NCBI GenBank assembly: GCA_963770565.1
Contig: CAVYQE010000002.1
Location: 1-64,000, forward strand
Source: an uncultured Actinomycetota bacterium
GTDB taxonomy: Bacteria; Actinomycetota; Actinomycetes; JAFAQI01
DNA: 64,000 nt
Direction: 5' to 3'
Under the pieces are notes generated by a model. The model ran no database searches. It was not told the origin of the DNA and saw only the letters and a program-made list of their open reading frames with translations. Shown one piece after another: positions 56,290 to 64,000 of the stretch (its first letter is position 1; every line of letters starts with the position of its first letter). The translations under genes were made by a program, and so were the position numbers.

Positions 56290-57045
56290 TCACCGCTTGC
56301 GTTTCGCGCGCTTGCGGGCCAGCGCGGCGAGCTCGATCGGCCGGGCCTCCTCGAGCGTCGGTGCGGTGCCGCCGAGATACGCCGGCTGCCACCAGGAGTC
56401 CTCGGCCGACTGCGGCGGCGGGTAGGCGCGCTGCACCTCCTCGACGAGCTTGGTCAGCCGCTCGCGCAACAGCGCGGTGAGCTCGATCGGAGTCTCGCCG
56501 CCCGACAGCTCGATCGGCGCATCGATCTTGACCACGATCGGGATGTGTCGACGCAACCGGGGCCGGTGGCCGGTGGTCCAGATCCGTTGCCCGCCCCAGA
56601 TCGCGACCGGGATGAGCGGGACGCCGGCGTCGAGCGCCATCCGTGCCGCACCCGACTTGAAGGTGCGCGGCACGAAGGCCCGGCTGATCGTGGACTCGGG
56701 AAAGACCCCTACCAGCTCACCGTCGTGCAGCGCCTGGACGGCGACGCCGTACGCCGAGGTGCCGGCCGCGCGGTCGACCGGGATGTGATGCATCGCCCGC
56801 ATCAGCGGGCCCGACACCGGGTTGTCGAACACCGACTTCTTCGCCATGAACCGGACCAACCGGTGCTTGTCGCGGGCGGCATAGCCGACGAAGGTGAAGT
56901 CGAGGTAGCTCACGTGGTTGGACGCAAGAACCGCGCCACCCTCGTCGGGAAGGTGTTCGACTCCCTCGATCGTGAACTGGAAGTCGAGCAGCCGAAAACC
57001 ACCGATCGCGGTCCTGATCACCGCTTCATACACGCGCTCCGTCAC
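56290..57045 (-). CDS. Lysophospholipid acyltransferase (PlsC family)
   Basis: NHVSYLD, FMAK, PVDR, FPES. Confidence 0.9.
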   Translation of the reverse strand: MTERVYEAVIRTAIGGFRLLDFQFTIEGVEHLPDEGGAVLASNHVSYLDFTFVGYAARDKHRLVRFMAKKSVFDNPVSGPLMRAMHHIPVDRAAGTSAYGVAVQALHDGELVGVFPESTISRAFVPRTFKSGAARMALDAGVPLIPVAIWGGQRIWTTGHRPRLRRHIPIVVKIDAPIELSGGETPIELTALLRERLTKLVEEVQRAYPPPQSAEDSWWQPAYLGGTAPTLEEARPIELAALARKRAKRKR

Positions 57046-57082
57046 GCCAAGATCTTCGCGTGTCGCAGCGCCGCGGTTCGAC

Positions 57083-58582
57083 TCAGGTGGCGGGTGTCGC
57101 GAACTCGGTCGCAGTCGAGGCCGGGTCGCCGGGTCGGACCCGGATCAGCACCAGCGCCGCAATCAGGCCGAAGAGCGCGAAGATCGCCCCGGCTCTGAAC
57201 GCCATGTCGGCACCGTGGGTGAAGGCGTGGTGGGCCAGCGCGCTGCCGTGCAGGACCGCGGAGTTTGCCGCGATGTCGTGCCGCGACGCGGTGCTGAACA
57301 CCGTCACCAGGGCCGACAACCCGATCGTGCCGCCGACCTGCTGGCAGACGTTGAGCATCGCCGACGCGATCCCCGAGTCCTCCGGGGCAACCCCGCCCAC
57401 CGCGGTCAACGTGATCGGTACGAAGACGAATCCCATCCCCATCGCGATCAGGGCGATCGCCGGCAGGATGTGCTCGACGTACGACGAGCCGGGGGTCAGC
57501 GAGGACAGGAACAGCAGCCCGAAGCCGGTAAGGATGGTGCCACTGACGATCAGCGTCTGCGCACCGAGCTTCGACACCAGCCGACTGGCGATCTGGGCGA
57601 CCACCACGATGACGGCGCTGACCGGCAGGAACGCGAAGCCGGCCTTCAACGGCGAGAAGCCCTCGACCTGTTGGACGTACTGCGTGAGGAAGTAGAACAT
57701 CGCGAACACGGCCGCACCCAGCACGAGCATCACGACGTAGCTGCCGACCCGGATCCGGCTGCGGAACATCCGCAGCGGCATGATCGGGTTGGCGATCCGC
57801 GCCTCGATCATGACGAACGCGGTCAGCAACACGATCGCGATCGCGAACGACAGCAGGGTCGTGGAGTTTCCCCAGCTGACCGTCGCCGCATGAATGAAGC
57901 CATAGACCAACGCGGCCATCCCGCCGGTCGAGGTCACCGCGCCTTGCACGTCGAGCACGCCGGTCTTGCGACGCGAGGTCTCCGCGATGACGTACGGCGC
58001 GGCGATCGCGAGCGCGATCCCGATCGGTGCGTTGACGAACAACACCCAACGCCACGACAGCAGATCGGTGAGGACGCCGCCGAGGATCAGCCCGATCGCC
58101 GCACCCGCACCGGAAACTGCGGCGTACACACCGAACGCCCGGTTGCGCTCGGGGCCCTCGGGGAACGTCGTCGTGACCAACGACAGCGCGGTGGGCGAGG
58201 CGATCGCGCCGCCGACTCCTTGTAACGCCCGCATCGCGAGCAGGAAGCCCTTGTCCTGCGCGAAGCCGCCCGCGAGGCTCGCCATCGCGAACAGCAGCAC
58301 GCCGATGATGAACATCCGGCGGCGGCCGAAGAGATCGCCGGTGCGACCGCCGAGCAAGAGCAGGCCGCCGAAGACAAGGGTGTAGGCGTTCAGCACCCAC
58401 GACAAACCGGTCGGCGAGAACTTCAACGCAGTGTGGATGCTCGGGAGTGCGATGTTCACGATGGTGGCGTCGAGCACGACCATGAGCTGGGCCGCGGCAA
58501 TTACCGCCAGCGCCAGGTTCGGATGCACCTTGTGAGGCACTCCGCCGCCCGCCGAAGTCTCGATGTCGGTGGTGATGGTCAC
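57083..58582 (-). CDS. DHA2 (14-TMS) MFS efflux transporter
   Basis: LDATIVNIALP, GRTGDLFGRRR, WRWVLFVN, QQVGGTIG. Confidence 0.92.
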   Translation of the reverse strand: MTITTDIETSAGGGVPHKVHPNLALAVIAAAQLMVVLDATIVNIALPSIHTALKFSPTGLSWVLNAYTLVFGGLLLLGGRTGDLFGRRRMFIIGVLLFAMASLAGGFAQDKGFLLAMRALQGVGGAIASPTALSLVTTTFPEGPERNRAFGVYAAVSGAGAAIGLILGGVLTDLLSWRWVLFVNAPIGIALAIAAPYVIAETSRRKTGVLDVQGAVTSTGGMAALVYGFIHAATVSWGNSTTLLSFAIAIVLLTAFVMIEARIANPIMPLRMFRSRIRVGSYVVMLVLGAAVFAMFYFLTQYVQQVEGFSPLKAGFAFLPVSAVIVVVAQIASRLVSKLGAQTLIVSGTILTGFGLLFLSSLTPGSSYVEHILPAIALIAMGMGFVFVPITLTAVGGVAPEDSGIASAMLNVCQQVGGTIGLSALVTVFSTASRHDIAANSAVLHGSALAHHAFTHGADMAFRAGAIFALFGLIAALVLIRVRPGDPASTATEFATPAT

Positions 58583-58597
58583 GACAATCCCCTTAAC

Positions 58598-58663
58598 AGT
58601 GAACGATCACGTTCCTTATTGCGGACGCTACCCAGTCTTGCTAGGAAACGCAAACGTTCACTA
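58598..58663. promoter_or_regulatory. Two palindromic TetR-type operators (AGTGAACG-N4-CGTTCCTT and AGGAAACG-N4-CGTTCACT)
   Basis: Mutually inverted copies in the divergent MFS/TetR intergenic region; the second abuts the TATCCT -10 box. Confidence 0.75.
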
Positions 58664-58673
58664 TCCTGGGCTG

Positions 58674-59267
58674 GTGACGACCGCTCCGCCCGCCATCCGC
58701 CGACGAGGTGACGCGCTCGTCGACGCGATTCTCCAAGCCACGATGGCCGAGCTCGCCAGCCAAGGGTACGACGGTCTCACCATCGAAGCCGTCGCGGAGC
58801 GCGCCCAGACCGGCAAGGCGAGCATCTACCGCCGCTGGCCGAACAAGCTCGAGCTCGCGCTCGACGCGATCGAGAAGCACATGCCGTCGATCGGCAGCAC
58901 GCCCGATACCGGCAGCGTCCGCGGCGATCTGCTCGTCGTGCTGCGTCGGTTCGCGAAGCACATGAACAGCCGCGAGGGCGGGGCCATGCGAGCCTGCATG
59001 AGCGACCTCAAGTCGCACGTCGAGCTTGCGGCCGCGGTCCGCGAGCGCCTCGTCGCGCCGCGCAAGCAGGTCGTGTTCGACGTCCTGCAACGCGGCGTCG
59101 AGCGCGGCGAGGTGCGACCGGACGCGCTCACCGACCGGGTCGCGGAGCTCGGTCCGATGTTGCTCAACGCCGAACAGATGCAGCACGGCCGCCCGCTTCG
59201 CGACGGCGACATCCTCGCGATCCTCGACGACGTACTCATCCCGGTGATCAGACCAGCCGGGCGCTGA
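58674..59267 (+). CDS. TetR family regulator (TetR_C_11 type)
   Basis: LTIEAVAERAQTGKASIYRRWPNK, PDTGSVRGDL. Confidence 0.92.
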   Translation: MTTAPPAIRRRGDALVDAILQATMAELASQGYDGLTIEAVAERAQTGKASIYRRWPNKLELALDAIEKHMPSIGSTPDTGSVRGDLLVVLRRFAKHMNSREGGAMRACMSDLKSHVELAAAVRERLVAPRKQVVFDVLQRGVERGEVRPDALTDRVAELGPMLLNAEQMQHGRPLRDGDILAILDDVLIPVIRPAGR

Positions 59268-59272
59268 CGACG

Positions 59273-59650
59273 ATGCCGACCCTCGCCGGCAAGCTGGGCA
59301 TTCGCGGATCGACCCGCACGCTGGTCGTCGGACCCGCGCCCGATCCCGTTCTTGGGGTTCTGTTCGACCCGCATCGGCGGCCGGGCCGAGACCGGTACGA
59401 CGCGATCGTCGCATTCTGCCCCGATCGGCGCGCGCTCGATCGGCACGCGGCATCCCTGCCCGAGCGGCTGACCGTCGCCGGTGGACTCTGGCTGCTCTGG
59501 CCGAAGCGAGCCAGCGGAGTGCCGACTGACATCGGCGAAGCGGACGTCCGCGCGACCGGGTTGGCGACCGGCTTGGTCGACGTCAAGATCGCGGCGATCG
59601 ACGACACCTGGTCGGGCCTGCGGTTCGTCCGGCGGCTCGCCGACCGCTAG
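59273..59650 (+). CDS. DUF3052-like protein
   Basis: LAGKLGI, LWLLWPK, GLVDVKIAAIDDTWSGLRF. Confidence 0.75.
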   Translation: MPTLAGKLGIRGSTRTLVVGPAPDPVLGVLFDPHRRPGRDRYDAIVAFCPDRRALDRHAASLPERLTVAGGLWLLWPKRASGVPTDIGEADVRATGLATGLVDVKIAAIDDTWSGLRFVRRLADR

Positions 59651-60240
59651 GCCCTGACGAAGGCGAGCGAGCGCCGACCCTGATCGGCCGCCACCACCGC
59701 AATGACCAGGGCCGCCGTCGCATCTGCCCACCACCAGCCGAAGGCGCGATCGAGCCCGAGGCCGAGCAGGGTGAACGCAGCGGTCGAGGTGCCCACCATC
59801 GTGATGTGCGCGTCGGATCTAAGCGCCCGGCTTCCGATCAGGGCCGCGACGGCGTACTTCCACCGGCCGAGCAACGGCAGCACGACCAGGTTGGCCGCAG
59901 CGAGCACGAGCCCGACCACGGGTGCACTCGGGTGACGATGTGCGACCAGGTGCTGCACGCCGGTCGCAGCCAGCACGATCCCGATCAATAGCAGGCCGAG
60001 GGCAGCAACCACCTGGGCCCGGCGCTCTGCCGACTCGGGGAACGCGGCCGAGTCCCGCTCCCGGCGGAACCGCCAGATCAACACCGCGGAGGACACCACG
60101 TCGACCAGCACACTCCCACCGAGGCCCCCGAGCGAGAGGCTGCCGGCAAGCAGGCCGACCACCAGCGAAGCGATCCCCGACCCGACGCTCCAGGACACCG
60201 TCACCCACGATGCCCGCAGCGCCGCTCGCACCGGATCCAC
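59647..60240 (-). CDS. Cation diffusion facilitator-like membrane protein
   Basis: Six TM segments; SRALRSDA and WWWADATAAL. Confidence 0.75.
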   Translation of the reverse strand: MDPVRAALRASWVTVSWSVGSGIASLVVGLLAGSLSLGGLGGSVLVDVVSSAVLIWRFRRERDSAAFPESAERRAQVVAALGLLLIGIVLAATGVQHLVAHRHPSAPVVGLVLAAANLVVLPLLGRWKYAVAALIGSRALRSDAHITMVGTSTAAFTLLGLGLDRAFGWWWADATAALVIAVVAADQGRRSLAFVRA

Positions 60241-60310
60241 CGGGCAGAGATTATTGCCACAGCCGGGCAACCTTTTGCTCCGCCGCTGGGTGTATCGATC
60301 GTGAGGGTGC

Positions 60311-60808
60311 ATGGATCAGCAGCTCGCTGACTACGTGAGCGCCCGCTGGCCGGCGCTGGTCCGCTACGCGACCGTCGTCTGCGGCGACGCCGCGGAGGGC
60401 GAAGAGCTGGCCCAGGCGGCGTTGGTGCGGGTCGCATCGCGCTGGCGGGCGCTACGCGACCGCCACGACATCGACGCGTACGTCCGGACCGCGATCGTTA
60501 ACGGTCACCTCAACAAACGCCAGCGGCTCTGGCGCCGCGAGGAACGGGTCGGCTCGACGCCACATGTTGTCGTCGCTGACGCCAGCGACCGGGTCAGCCG
60601 CGGTGTCGACATCCGTCGCGCCCTCGCCGCGCTGCCACCACGGCAGCGGGCCGTCCTGGCTCTGCGCTATCTCGACGATCAGTCCGAGGCCCAGACCGCG
60701 GCGATCCTCGGCTGCTCGGTCGGCACGGTCAAGAGCCAGGCCAGCAAGGCGCTGGCGACGTTGCGCGAGTCCTTCCCCGAGCTGACCGACCAGGAGGTCC
60801 CGGTATGA
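60311..60808 (+). CDS. ECF RNA polymerase sigma factor (SigE-family, Streptomyces type)
   Basis: LPPRQRAVLALRY...TAAILGCSVGTVKSQASKAL. Confidence 0.92.
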   Translation: MDQQLADYVSARWPALVRYATVVCGDAAEGEELAQAALVRVASRWRALRDRHDIDAYVRTAIVNGHLNKRQRLWRREERVGSTPHVVVADASDRVSRGVDIRRALAALPPRQRAVLALRYLDDQSEAQTAAILGCSVGTVKSQASKALATLRESFPELTDQEVPV

Positions 60809-61944
60809 CCGACATCCGCGAACTACTCCGCGAAGCGACCGCAGACCTCGGCATCGACGGCGACCCGGTCGCCCGGGTCAGCCGCGCGACCACCCGCCAC
60901 CGGCAGCGAACCGGCTTCGGTGCGGTCGTCGCAGTTGCGGTAGCGGTCGCGGCGATCGTCACACCCCTGTCGATCGCCCGCGGCCACGGACCGCAGGTCT
61001 CGACGCCGACGCACAAGCCGCCGGCCACCCCGGGCATCCAGCACTGGTCGAAGGACGACGCGGTCGCCGCGGACGGCTTCGGCGCCGTGTGGGGCCTCGA
61101 CGTCCACACCGCGACGGTCGACGTACTCGACCCCAACACCGGGCACCGCCTGGCGCAGATCTCAGTACCGGCACCGGCCAGCCAGATCGCGGCCGGCTCC
61201 GGTCACGTCTGGGTCATCGGTGCCAGTTCGGCGAGCGGCGGGACAGTGCAGGTGTCCGCGATCGACCCCACGACCCACGACGTCACGACACGGACCGTCT
61301 CCCCCACCACCGGCAGGCCGTTCGCGGTCGCCTTCGCGGCCCAGTCGGCCTGGGTCACCGTCCCGAACCGCAACACGGTCTGGCGGTTCCGCGTCACACC
61401 GAGCAGCACCGCGAGTAACTCCGCCCAGCCCGTCCTCACGATGACCGGCGTACGGGTGGTCGGCCGGCCGACCACGATCGCGGCGACCGGTAACGGGGTC
61501 CTCTGGGTCCAGCAGGCGGCAGTGAAGAAGCTCAGCCGGATCGACCCCGCCGGCGGCGGGGCAGTGGGCAAGACGGTCTCGTGGCCGGGCAAGGTGTTCG
61601 CCGCGGCCGGCCACACCACGTTGTGGGCGACGTTCAGGTCGCACACGATCCTTCAGCTCACGCCGCAGTTCCTTTCCAGCTGCAGCGCCTGTGCAGAGGT
61701 CGACAACATACTGATCAAGGGCAGGTTCACCGGCGCCATCGCGACGGCTCGCGGGCTGTTCGCGACCGTGGTCGGTCCGCCAGGCACACCCGTGACCGAC
61801 TTCTGGAGCAACAAAGCCCTCAGCAAGAGCAGCGAGAAGCCCACCGCGCACGTGCCCTTCGTCGGCTCGCTGGCCGCCGACGGCCACGGCGTCGTGATCG
61901 GGGCGGGCAAAGACGGACTGATTCACTGGGTCCCGGCCAAGTGA
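60805..61944 (+). CDS. Single-pass membrane protein with a beta-propeller-like extracellular domain (putative anti-sigma factor)
   Basis: ATGA overlap with the sigma gene; short N-domain, TM helix, repeats GFGAVW/GSGHVW/AQSAW/GNGVLW with IDP/LDP. Confidence 0.65.
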   Translation: MTDIRELLREATADLGIDGDPVARVSRATTRHRQRTGFGAVVAVAVAVAAIVTPLSIARGHGPQVSTPTHKPPATPGIQHWSKDDAVAADGFGAVWGLDVHTATVDVLDPNTGHRLAQISVPAPASQIAAGSGHVWVIGASSASGGTVQVSAIDPTTHDVTTRTVSPTTGRPFAVAFAAQSAWVTVPNRNTVWRFRVTPSSTASNSAQPVLTMTGVRVVGRPTTIAATGNGVLWVQQAAVKKLSRIDPAGGGAVGKTVSWPGKVFAAAGHTTLWATFRSHTILQLTPQFLSSCSACAEVDNILIKGRFTGAIATARGLFATVVGPPGTPVTDFWSNKALSKSSEKPTAHVPFVGSLAADGHGVVIGAGKDGLIHWVPAK

Positions 61945-61949
61945 GCTGA

Positions 61950-62045
61950 CCCGCTTCAGCACACAACGGTCCGCCAATCGGATCGGTATGCGGTCCGATG
62001 TCTGATTGACGGCGCCGATTGGCGACCGCTGTGTGCTGAAGCGGG
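61950..62045. repeat. Intergenic inverted-repeat element (copy 2 of the 30156 family)
   Basis: CCCGCTTCAGCACACAACGGTCCGCCAATCGG / CCGATTGGCGACCGCTGTGTGCTGAAGCGGG. Confidence 0.85.
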
Positions 62046-62117
62046 GGTGGGCGGCTCGGGCGTAGCCTGGACCGGCCATCAAATCGATCACCCCGCTTGA
62101 AAGAGGCGACCCTCGCC

Positions 62118-64000
<1,883 letters not shown>

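Overview
High-GC actinobacterial chromosomal segment containing about 60 genes. I found no rRNA, tRNA, integrase, transposase or CRISPR array. (1) 1-19.3 kb and 30.3-39 kb hold a large acyl-CoA/steroid-type catabolic cluster: FadE30/IpdE1-like, IpdF, several SDRs, heteromeric ACAD pairs, CoA ligases, a thiolase with an HMGS-like/DUF35 partner, a ChsH2-ChsH1 fusion, Ltp2 and WS/DGAT. Its promoters share a 19-bp palindrome, ACCTGACG-N3-CGTCAGRT (7 copies), lying on or next to apparently leaderless -10 boxes. (2) 20.3-27.7 kb holds a TetR gene divergent from an operon encoding a split transketolase, a FumI (aminopentol aminotransferase)-like class III transaminase, a ThuA-like protein, a cyclase-family amidohydrolase, a class II aldolase and a PfkB kinase. 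This is the best candidate for an undescribed pathway, inferred to break down 2-amino-1,3-diols (sphingoid-base-like compounds) by transamination followed by retro-ketol or retro-aldol cleavage. (3) 40.4-45.9 kb is a ufa/cfa-type fatty-acid modification operon with a SigK-like promoter. (4) The remainder has a Tat-exported DUF1800/DUF1501 pair, PadR-ABC, TetR-MFS, an ECF sigma factor with a membrane partner, and the 5' part of kgd. Several intergenic REP/MITE-like palindromes occur. Four genes carry single-base frameshifts that look like assembly errors. Family assignments come from motif recognition and recalled sequences, not database searches.
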